Shown here in pieces: positions 16,762 to 26,246 of a stretch of DNA of 32,000 nt. How positions within the stretch are numbered: the first letter of the stretch is position 1; each line of letters begins with the position of its first letter. The stretch covers positions 1,538,486 through 1,570,485 of the forward strand of contig NC_009033.1 in assembly GCF_000015945.1 (NCBI RefSeq), given 5' to 3'. The stretch comes from Staphylothermus marinus F1 (GTDB taxonomy: Archaea > Thermoproteota > Thermoprotei_A > Sulfolobales > Desulfurococcaceae). The notes beneath the pieces are model-generated. The model saw only the letters and a list, made by a program, of their open reading frames with translations, did no database searches and was not told the DNA's origin. The position numbers and the translations under genes are program-made.

Positions 16762-19083
16762 GTGTTTGACATGATTCAGAGCTATATAGGGGTAAGTGAT
16801 TGTCTCGAAAACATTCTAGTAGAGGCATTGTCTAGTGTTTTAGGAGAGGATGAAAAGGTTGTGAGAGAATATTTTAGTAGTAAGAGAATAAAGATCACTA
16901 AGACACCTGATCCTAAGCTTGGCGATTACGGGTTAGCTCTCCACTACTTATTCCACAAGTATAGAATTAGCAGGGATGATTGGGAAAATATTGCTTCTAG
17001 GATAATCAATTATTTGGAGAGTAGGGGTCTTCTCGGTAAATGCTATGCTAGTAGAGCTGAATATGTTAATGGATATATCAATTTCTACATAGATTATAAC
17101 TTGATGAAAGACATTATATTCGAAAATTATCTCTCCAAGAAAATATTTGATCAAATAAAGAGTTTTGGTAAGGGAGAAAAAATAGTTGTTGAGCATACTA
17201 GTGCAAATCCTGTTCACCCACTACATGTTGGTAGTGGGAGAAACGCTGTCATAGGAAACACGTATGCTAACCTACTCAGATATTTAGGCTTTAATGTTGA
17301 GGAGAGATTCTATGTAAACGATATGGGTAGGCAAGTTGCTGTACTAGTATATGGGTATAGGATTGTTAAGAACGAAAAACTAGTTCCTCCTCCAAATATG
17401 AAAATAGATCACTGGATTGGAGCAATATATGCATTAACCAATATATTGATCCATAAACTAGTGGTTGAGAGAGAAATACATGTTCTCGAAGAAAAACTAC
17501 GCGGAGAACTAGAAACAATACTCAGGGAAACCGAGAAGTTCATGGAAAACAATAACTTATACCCACTAGTAGAGCTATCCATAACAATAGAGAACCTATT
17601 AAAGAAATACAGGATAAAACACTACATTGGAGAAATAATAACTGAATCAATAAAATCAATCGAAAAAATAGTTAAGATTCTCTCAAGCAAGGGATACAAG
17701 CATATAAGTAAATACTATGAGGAGAAACATGATGAACTGAAAAAATATGAGAAGAAATACAAGGATCTATTAATGGAGCAGAACGAATATAGTGATTCTG
17801 AGAACAAGTTTGCTGAAACATATCCAGAACTATATGTTGCGTTGAAAAAGAACATAACCGATCCAGACAAGGCTGAGGAGGAGATCAGGAAATATATGAA
17901 GAAATATGAGGAGGGAGATGAAGAAGTAGGTGTATTATTCAGAGAAGTTTCAGAACAAACACTAAAAGGTTTCAGAGAGACACTGTCAAGGCTTGGAATA
18001 GTTTTTGATTCATATGATTGGGAGAGTAGCCATATTATAAGAGAACTTGCATGGAATGTGATCAGGGAATCAGAGAAGCTACCCTATTCTAGTAGGGAGG
18101 AGGGAGCATTAATCATAGATCTCGATAAAGCCGCTGAAGAACACTTATTTATCAAGAAGTTATTCGGCAAAGACCAGCCCGGTAAACTGGTTGTTCAGAG
18201 AAGTGATGGAACAAGCCTCTATACTACCAGAGATATAGCATACTCAATATACAAGTTCAAGTATTTGGGGGCGAGCAAAGTATATAATGTTATAGCTGTT
18301 GAGCAGACAAGAGAGCAGAAACAAGTAAAGGCAACTCTCTACCTTCTAGGATATAGGGATGAAGCTGAGAAACTAGTTCATTTCACATATGAAATGGTTA
18401 ATTTGAAAGGTATGAGGATGAGTGGTCGTAGAGGTCAATATTATAGTTTAGATGAACTATTAGAAGACTATGTTAAAGCTATTGCTAAATCATATGTTGA
18501 AAGCCAAATTAAGAGGATCGGAGGACTAGAATCGAGTATACCAATAAATTTGGATGAATTGAAAAAGGTTTTCGAAAAACTAGCAGTTGCTGATTCAAGA
18601 GCACTACTATTATCGATTGATCCATCCAAGGTATTAACATTTGATCATAGGAGACTAGAAGAATACAATATGGGTTCATGGATACTATACACATTTGTCC
18701 GGTTGCAAGGCATTCTTAGGAAATGGCTTGGAGTAGAGCCGTTAACAAATATTGATAAACTACTGGTTGAAGCAAACAAACTATATAATACATTGAAGAA
18801 TAAAGAGATTGACCTAAATTTACTGGAGAGAAACATACTCGAAAACCTACTAGAATACCCCTCAATACTGTATAAATCATATAGTGAGCTGAAACCAAAC
18901 AAATTACTAGAATACACAAGCAATCTATGCATGAACATAAACAAACTATACGAAACAGTCCCCGTTCTCGGAGAAAAAGATCAATATAAGAGAAGCTTTA
19001 GAATACTCTTAGTAATAGTAACAACTCTAATTCTAAAAGACCTAGTAGAAATAATGGGTTTCCCAACAATAACAAAAATATAG
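16762..19083 (+). CDS. argS: arginine--tRNA ligase, unusually long (773 aa)
   Basis: HTSANPVHPLHVGSGRNAVIGN (HIGH region), YVNDMGRQV and MRMSGRRG (KMSKS-like), with a DALR-like C-terminus. Start is GTG 16762, with an alternative ATG at 16771. Confidence 0.85.
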   Translation: MFDMIQSYIGVSDCLENILVEALSSVLGEDEKVVREYFSSKRIKITKTPDPKLGDYGLALHYLFHKYRISRDDWENIASRIINYLESRGLLGKCYASRAEYVNGYINFYIDYNLMKDIIFENYLSKKIFDQIKSFGKGEKIVVEHTSANPVHPLHVGSGRNAVIGNTYANLLRYLGFNVEERFYVNDMGRQVAVLVYGYRIVKNEKLVPPPNMKIDHWIGAIYALTNILIHKLVVEREIHVLEEKLRGELETILRETEKFMENNNLYPLVELSITIENLLKKYRIKHYIGEIITESIKSIEKIVKILSSKGYKHISKYYEEKHDELKKYEKKYKDLLMEQNEYSDSENKFAETYPELYVALKKNITDPDKAEEEIRKYMKKYEEGDEEVGVLFREVSEQTLKGFRETLSRLGIVFDSYDWESSHIIRELAWNVIRESEKLPYSSREEGALIIDLDKAAEEHLFIKKLFGKDQPGKLVVQRSDGTSLYTTRDIAYSIYKFKYLGASKVYNVIAVEQTREQKQVKATLYLLGYRDEAEKLVHFTYEMVNLKGMRMSGRRGQYYSLDELLEDYVKAIAKSYVESQIKRIGGLESSIPINLDELKKVFEKLAVADSRALLLSIDPSKVLTFDHRRLEEYNMGSWILYTFVRLQGILRKWLGVEPLTNIDKLLVEANKLYNTLKNKEIDLNLLERNILENLLEYPSILYKSYSELKPNKLLEYTSNLCMNINKLYETVPVLGEKDQYKRSFRILLVIVTTLILKDLVEIMGFPTITKI

Positions 19084-19378
19084 CTACAACAACACTATTT
19101 GGAAACTATGTATTAGTTACCCAGAATAAAGATTTTGCAAGATCAAGAGATCTAGGCCTTAAACTCGAACTACAATAAAAGACTATTTTAGGAACTATGT
19201 ACTACTTTTTCAGGACTCAATTGTTTAAGGAGAGGGGGGTTAAATTATTTATTAGGGTTTATTCGTGAAGATAACCCCCCGGTTCCCCTGAAGAAAATAT
19301 ATGCAAGGTCCTCATTAACCCCTAATCTTTAAGCTGTTGTATTTTAAATGATTTTATGAGTTAGATATCATTTGGTGT

Positions 19379-19573
19379 ATGGTTTTGGAGGAGAGGTTTA
19401 GGATAGCTTTAAGGATCATTGATGAGTTGAGAGCCAAGGATAGAGTTCGAACTAGTCGTAGGAGTGTTGGTGATGTTTTAAGGATTGCTGAGATTTCCCG
19501 TATATTGTTTAAAAGGTATTTTGAAGTGGTTGATTGGGAAGGGGAGAATCGAGTGTTGAGGATGAAAATCTAG
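19379..19573 (+). CDS. small basic protein, possible DNA-binding partner of the downstream nucleotidyltransferase
   Basis: 64-aa ORF with an ATG start. It overlaps the next ORF by 40 nt in another frame and shares the strong G/T-ending codon bias seen in other short genes here. No motif recognised. Confidence 0.3.
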   Translation: MVLEERFRIALRIIDELRAKDRVRTSRRSVGDVLRIAEISRILFKRYFEVVDWEGENRVLRMKI

Positions 19574-20154
19574 CTGAGAAGCTATATAATGAGTACATAG
19601 GGTTTATGAGGAAAATAGTTGACACGAATGATTTGTTAAAGAAATATATGTTGTTCATAGGTTTTCTCAACAATTGGTTTATAGAGAATGATTTGGGATA
19701 TATAGTTGTTACGGGAGGGTTCGCGGTTGAGGTATTTACTGGGCAAGCCTATAGAACAATGGATGTTGATCTTATAGCAAGCAATAGTAGAGTTGCTAAA
19801 ATCCTAGAATTGTTCCTTGAAAAAATAGGCGAGAAGATCGCAAGGGGATATATACTAGGCGATGAACAATTATTATCGAAGTCCATAGACATAGTATCTA
19901 CAACATATACTCGTAGAAAAAATCCTGTGAAGATCATTGTAAATAGTTATCATGTATACGTAGATCCGCCCGAAGAACTTATTATATCATATCTAGCAGG
20001 CTGGAAATACCGGGGAGCAACAGAGGACAGAGATAAAGCTATTTGGCTATATATTGTTTTAAAAGACATGCTTGACAAAGAATACCTATACACTCGAGCC
20101 CGAGAAGATGACGTTGTTGATAAGCTTAAATTCCTGGAAGAGCTTGTTAAATAG
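19534..20154 (+). CDS. minimal nucleotidyltransferase-fold protein (AbiEii/DUF2204-like)
   Basis: VTGGFAVEVFTGQAYRTMDVDLI matches the GG...R.x.D.D nucleotidyltransferase signature of AbiEii-type proteins. Start is uncertain (TTG 19534, or ATG about 19603). Confidence 0.5.
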   Translation: MGRGESSVEDENLAEKLYNEYIGFMRKIVDTNDLLKKYMLFIGFLNNWFIENDLGYIVVTGGFAVEVFTGQAYRTMDVDLIASNSRVAKILELFLEKIGEKIARGYILGDEQLLSKSIDIVSTTYTRRKNPVKIIVNSYHVYVDPPEELIISYLAGWKYRGATEDRDKAIWLYIVLKDMLDKEYLYTRAREDDVVDKLKFLEELVK

Positions 20155-20271
20155 CATAATTATTTTTATAGTTGTAAAAATGTGTGGAAACATGCATTGA
20201 CGAAGCAGAACTTATCTATTCGTTAATAGGGGGCTAGGTAGGAATCCTTGAAATCTTTTTGGAGGAAACAA

Positions 20272-20994
20272 TTATTTCATGGTTTCTATGTGCATATAGA
20301 TCCTGCTAACTTCCTCCTCTGTTAGTCCTGTGTGTCTCAGCATCCTTGTTAGTATTGATCGTTCATATCTATCTTCTGGAACAAGGTTGTTTTCTACGAT
20401 AATCTTAGCTATGAATTCATATAATCTAGGATCGTGTTTTAGTGATACAATATGGTATCTCCACAATCTTCTAAGCTTGTCTTTATAATACTTATAGTAT
20501 TTTGGTCTACCCCTAGGCGTCTTATTGGTAAACACTATTTTTTCTGCATCTATATCTCTGATATAACTTATAATTGAGGAATATGAAATATTAAGGATTC
20601 TAATAAGATCAGTTACCAGCATCGGACCTTTACTCTCCAGTAATTCCTTCATTAATTGTTTTCTCTTCTTCGCCATGAGCTTGTTCTTAACAAATATTCT
20701 CTCGCTCTTGAATCCTGCTTTGTGTAGATGGTAGAGGACTGTTTGATAATTTATACCTAGCATCTTACTTATTTGCTTCCCCGACAAGCCTTGTTTGTAG
20801 AGAGATACTATTTTTTCTCTCAACTCCTTTGAACGTTGAGACGGCAATTTAATGCCGTGCTTAACAAGGATTCTACGTATAATTTTTGGGTCGTGATGAA
20901 GAGTTTTTGCTATAACAATCACTTTTCCATACTTCTTATACATTTCAATAATTAGTCTCTCCTCTTCAGGACCAGGTTTTCTTGAAATGATCAA
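20272..20994 (-). CDS. multi-HTH DNA-binding protein
   Basis: 240-aa ORF with three successive HTH-like segments: IIEMYKKYGKVIVIAKTLHHDPKIIRRIL, IVSLYKQGLSGKQISKMLGINYQTVLYHL and LVTDLIRILNISYSSIISYI. TTG start. Confidence 0.55.
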   Translation of the reverse strand: MIISRKPGPEEERLIIEMYKKYGKVIVIAKTLHHDPKIIRRILVKHGIKLPSQRSKELREKIVSLYKQGLSGKQISKMLGINYQTVLYHLHKAGFKSERIFVKNKLMAKKRKQLMKELLESKGPMLVTDLIRILNISYSSIISYIRDIDAEKIVFTNKTPRGRPKYYKYYKDKLRRLWRYHIVSLKHDPRLYEFIAKIIVENNLVPEDRYERSILTRMLRHTGLTEEEVSRIYMHIETMK

Positions 20995-21084
20995 TCACCA
21001 GTTATCAATATATACATTGTCTTTAAAAACTATTCCATCCCATGTTATCTAGTATTTTTGAAGTAGGCATTATATATTTCATAG

Positions 21085-22455
<1,371 letters not shown>

Positions 22456-22457
22456 AG

Positions 22458-23072
22458 TTATGGATAAATTTTTCTTCCAAAACCATCCCTTGTAGCAGAG
22501 TTATTATATATCTCAACTATTTTGAAAACATATGCTGGATAATCACTTTTCTTCCCTTCCCAATGAAATAAATCATGTATGCTGTTGAGATACTTCTTAT
22601 ATGGATCACTGTCTTCATCATGTATTTCAACAACAGTTCTAACCTCAAAACTTGTCTCGGGAGGCGTATAAAATAATACTGTAGCTTTACCTGTAGCCTT
22701 GATATTTTCCCAGCTATGCTTAAACCCCATCTCCAACCCGCCAATAAGCATTGGATCAATAAGATCCATCCTGTAGAATTCTCTAAGCAAAGTACAAGCA
22801 ATACTCTTCATATCATTACCCGGCCTCTCAACATATGCGTATCTATAAGCTTTATCGGCTAGTTCCTCGATAAACTCCCTTCTAGGAACAAATCCCACCA
22901 TCTTAATACTACCACTCAATCCCCGGGGGCCATCCGTGATTACAGCCGGTGTTGTCCTCGTGAATTCTACTAGGAAATTCCTAGGCGGTCTCCCATCCAT
23001 GCATAGTTTCCTTATAACATTTATTCTTTGATAGAAGAAGTAATCCATCCACTCTTTGGGAAGCATGTTCAA
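22458..23072 (-). CDS. hypothetical protein (possibly a split-barrel/PNPOx-like fold)
   Basis: 204-aa ORF, last gene of the apparent moeA operon. Its stop lies 2 nt from the convergent aminotransferase stop. The fold guess rests only on the ATVLFYTPPETSFEVRTVVEI pattern. Confidence 0.5.
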   Translation of the reverse strand: MNMLPKEWMDYFFYQRINVIRKLCMDGRPPRNFLVEFTRTTPAVITDGPRGLSGSIKMVGFVPRREFIEELADKAYRYAYVERPGNDMKSIACTLLREFYRMDLIDPMLIGGLEMGFKHSWENIKATGKATVLFYTPPETSFEVRTVVEIHDEDSDPYKKYLNSIHDLFHWEGKKSDYPAYVFKIVEIYNNSATRDGFGRKIYP

Positions 23073-23112
23073 ACACCTTATAGTAGGTATTAGCGATTAT
23101 GCTAAAATATAA

Positions 23113-23877
23113 TTATTTAGCATAGGGGCAGAAAACATTGATCTTAAATAGAGTATGCTTGTTTATGAAATAAGCAATAGCAGAAGCTGATACCCCATAT
23201 AAATAAATCTTCTTATCCATAATATATGCTCTACTAATAATGTTCCAGAAGCTTTTATTAACAATACTACTAGCTGTAACCAAGATAATATCTGATGCTC
23301 CAATATAGTTTTCATTAAATAATCCATCATATACTAATCTACCATATCGGCTTCTCCAAACAGTATCGTTTCTAAGATCAGTGACTAGGAGATTATCTCT
23401 AAGAAAATAAGCTAAATACTCTACATGCCCAGGCTGATAACCTATGTGGAGAACGCGCTTACCAACACCGTATTTAGCCAGTATATAGCTTGCAAGTTTC
23501 ACACCACATTTAACCGGTTCATATGATCTACAATGCATAGTTTTATCTACTAAGCCAAGGCTACGGAATAAAGCATTTAGAAATGCATAGAACACTCCAC
23601 GATTACTTATTTCTTTTAAATCCATATTTAATACATCAATTATTCTCCCACGATACTCACGAGGCAAAACAGTGAATGCTTGTCCAATATATCCATGATA
23701 TATACAAGTTAACAATATCTCGGGTCCTCTAATTAACACGTATTCTTCACTAGGCAATCCAAGATCATATCCTGTTTTTGGATGACAATAAACTCTTTCA
23801 TAAGGGTTTATCCTGTAATCTCTTATAAGTGATAAAGTATAGTGGCGGATTGCTTCATCTATTCCTAGAATACTCAA
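23113..23877 (-). CDS. DUF4213/DUF364-like Rossmann protein (putative metal-chelation family)
   Basis: GYIGQAFTV, FLNALF, GKRVLHIGYQPG, ASDIILVTASSIVNKSF and KKIYLYGVSAS follow the DUF364 family pattern. It begins 10 nt after the moeA stop. Confidence 0.5.
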   Translation of the reverse strand: MSILGIDEAIRHYTLSLIRDYRINPYERVYCHPKTGYDLGLPSEEYVLIRGPEILLTCIYHGYIGQAFTVLPREYRGRIIDVLNMDLKEISNRGVFYAFLNALFRSLGLVDKTMHCRSYEPVKCGVKLASYILAKYGVGKRVLHIGYQPGHVEYLAYFLRDNLLVTDLRNDTVWRSRYGRLVYDGLFNENYIGASDIILVTASSIVNKSFWNIISRAYIMDKKIYLYGVSASAIAYFINKHTLFKINVFCPYAK

Positions 23878-23887
23878 TTCTCAATCC

Positions 23888-25171
23888 TCATATAGCTGAT
23901 ATATTATATATTTTATGTATTGGCTCGTAGAAGCAGACTCGAATATTATCTCCAACATTAATCTCTCTAGTTCCCGGCTTCAATACTGTGAAGCCATCAC
24001 TCATATTTATTGGTGATAGATAATATGATCCTTTCAAATCAATTATTTCGCATTTTGAACCATGTATCTTAACAGGCCTTACCCTGTAGTGGTCAATATA
24101 CTTGTTTTCTACGTATTTATTCATTAATGATAAATTGATACAAGGATATCTAGGCTCTAATATTTGTCCCTGAACATAGTTTAGAACAGGTGTTATTACG
24201 AGTATTAAAGCTGATAAGCTTGATTGGTGTAGACCTGGTTGATTAATTATTGATTTGCCATCTATGAATAAACCACTAGTTGACCTTGCTGGATGCATTT
24301 TTAATCCTCTCCAATAATGTTGTGGTTTAAATGCTTCGTAGAGGCTTATCCAAGTATGGTCTCTGGGACCCATTGATACCCCGCCTATTGTTACAATAAT
24401 ATCTGCTTCACCAACTACACTCGAGACAGCTTCAACAATACTTTTTGGATCATCTGGTAGTTTATCTTCCCTAATAATTAATCCTCCATAGTATTCAATA
24501 GCGTATTTTTCTAGGAAACGAGTAGAGGTAGGCAGTCTCCAATTAATTGGGTCAAATGGTTCATCGACAAGTTCGTCTCCAACACTAAATAATGCTACAC
24601 GTGGTTTATCATATACTCTTATCTCACCAACTCCTAGATCTAATAGTGTTTTCAGAATAAATGGAGTGATTCTCGTACCTTTACTGAATACTTGTTCCCC
24701 CCTACTATAATCGCTCCCCCGTGGAAAAACATGTGAAAATCTGGGAAGAGGTTTCCTAATATATACATATTCATTCTCAACAATAGTATCCTCAATCGGG
24801 ATAACGGTATCTGCACCTATAGGTAAGGGATAACCGGTCTCTACAAAAATAGCTTCACCATTTTTCAATGTGTAATCATTGGCTTTCCTAGAATTGATAT
24901 TTCTAACTATTCTCAGCTTAACAGGATTGTCTTCACTAGCATTTCTTATATCATCATATTTTACAGCAAACCCGTCTGCATGGCTTAGATCAAATAATGG
25001 CCTATCATACGGTGAATAAATATTTTCTGCGAGAACATGGTTTAGCGATTCCCTTACATCTAGCTCTATTATCCTAGTTTGTTTAACATGTTCTCTAACC
25101 AATTGATAAAACTTATCCAGATCCATGTGATGATAAATCTTCTTCAATGCGAACAAGTACTCCTTGCTCAT
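23888..25171 (-). CDS. moeA: molybdopterin molybdenum/tungsten transferase MoeA
   Basis: SHADGFAV, VIPIEDT and IVTIGGVSMGPRDH are present in MoeA order. 427 aa. Confidence 0.8.
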   Translation of the reverse strand: MSKEYLFALKKIYHHMDLDKFYQLVREHVKQTRIIELDVRESLNHVLAENIYSPYDRPLFDLSHADGFAVKYDDIRNASEDNPVKLRIVRNINSRKANDYTLKNGEAIFVETGYPLPIGADTVIPIEDTIVENEYVYIRKPLPRFSHVFPRGSDYSRGEQVFSKGTRITPFILKTLLDLGVGEIRVYDKPRVALFSVGDELVDEPFDPINWRLPTSTRFLEKYAIEYYGGLIIREDKLPDDPKSIVEAVSSVVGEADIIVTIGGVSMGPRDHTWISLYEAFKPQHYWRGLKMHPARSTSGLFIDGKSIINQPGLHQSSLSALILVITPVLNYVQGQILEPRYPCINLSLMNKYVENKYIDHYRVRPVKIHGSKCEIIDLKGSYYLSPINMSDGFTVLKPGTREINVGDNIRVCFYEPIHKIYNISAI

Positions 25172-25492
25172 AGTCCTCTTCCCATACTGTCCTAGATTGT
25201 TTCAAGTCAAAAATAATTATTTGAAACAAATATATTTCTTATCATAGAATAAGAATTTATTGTAAAAATGATTTATTTGACAATTAGATATAATGAACAC
25301 TACCCCTTCTCTCCAAGTAGGTTAGCAAATCAATCTTCTCATACAGTTTCTCCATAAAATAAGAAGCAATATATGCTTGAAGATTCCGTTTCTCCCTAGA
25401 TGTTTATTCTAATTATTTTATATGTGTTTATAGTCGCATCTAGGGAGTTCCACCTTGTCCACAGCCCTAACCCTAGGAAAAGGGTTGTGGAT

Positions 25493-25733
25493 TCATGGGT
25501 GGCTGTCGATCCCAACGGCACGAGGCTTAACATCAACAGATATATAACCCCTAGACTTATACACAACAACGTCCTTTACAAATGTAAGATAGATTTTGAT
25601 CCTCCTATTCCCTTTTATCAAGCTTTATTTTTGCCTCACCGCTCAGCTTCCATCCACGATTAACATATCTTCAATATTGTTTATGTGGTTCAAAATCGAC
25701 TGTGATCCATCCCTTGTGTGTAGCTATTCTGGG
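25493..25733 (-). pseudogene. decayed, 5'-truncated TnpB (IS200/IS605 OrfB)-like fragment
   Basis: The minus-strand reading is PRIATHKGWITVDFEPHKQY*RYVNRGWKLSGEAKIKLDKRE*, then a frameshift, then NRRIKIYLTFVKDVVVYKSRGYISVDVKPRAVGIDSHP*. This resembles the region preceding and including the RuvC-I GID motif of archaeal TnpB. It has one in-frame stop and one frameshift. Decay may extend down to about 25290. Confidence 0.35.
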
Positions 25734-26013
25734 CTTTCAATTCTTTCTATGTTGTTACTTTTAAGTATTGGTGGTTTTTCTGAAGCTCTCTATTATCTTT
25801 CAATTCTTTCTGTGTTGTTACCAATAAATATATAAACTTTAAGTTAGCTAAATTTTTACACTTTCAATTCTTTCTGTGTTGTTACACTACCCATGAACAC
25901 CCAACCATATTCTACCGAAACCTTCTTTCAATTCTTTCTGTGTTGTTACGAAAGAGCTATTGAACAACAACATAGAACTAGCATTTAACTTTCAATTCTT
26001 TCTGTGTTGTTAC
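25734..26013 (-). CRISPR. CRISPR array 2: 5 repeats, 4 spacers
   Basis: Repeats start at 25734, 25797, 25861, 25925 and 25989. Spacers are 38, 39, 39 and 39 bp. The first (trailer) repeat is identical to the array 1 repeat. The other four carry G instead of A at + strand position 16 (CTTTCAATTCTTTCTGTGTTGTTAC). Confidence 0.95.
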
Positions 26014-26172
26014 TTTGGTTCGAATTATTTGCTACGTTTATATTCTTTGTTCGAATTGTTATATATGTTTTTCTATATTCGATCCCTAATTGATCATGTT
26101 CGACTAGTTTTCTATAGGCTTAATAGTATCTCTGACCCCTTGACAAGTTTGTATAATGAAAAATATTCGAGT
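26014..26172 (-). promoter_or_regulatory. CRISPR leader of array 2
   Basis: 159 nt aligning without gaps to 15940-16098. By hand alignment there are 9 mismatches in the repeat-proximal 35 nt and 7 in the distal 124 nt. Confidence 0.75.
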
Positions 26173-26246
26173 AATTTTTTATAGATGTTGTGTTATAGTA
26201 TTTGGGGAGGTAGAGTTATTTTTGTATATATATTGGTGGTGGGTTA

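Noticed and set aside
19265-19291. Possible C/D-box sRNA (GTGAAGA ... CTGA) in the argS downstream spacer
   Set aside because: The C box has a mismatch, the C-to-D spacing is 16 nt rather than about 12, and there is no second box pair or terminal stem.
25400-25663. 87-aa + strand ORF between moeA and array 2
   Set aside because: No motif and no ribosome-binding context. The opposite strand gives a more coherent, though broken, TnpB-like reading.
25596-26184. ORFs 25596..25835 and 25960..26184 across array 2 and its leader
   Set aside because: These are the same repeat-derived artefact. The second ORF also runs through the conserved non-coding leader, whose counterpart at array 1 is not open in the same way.
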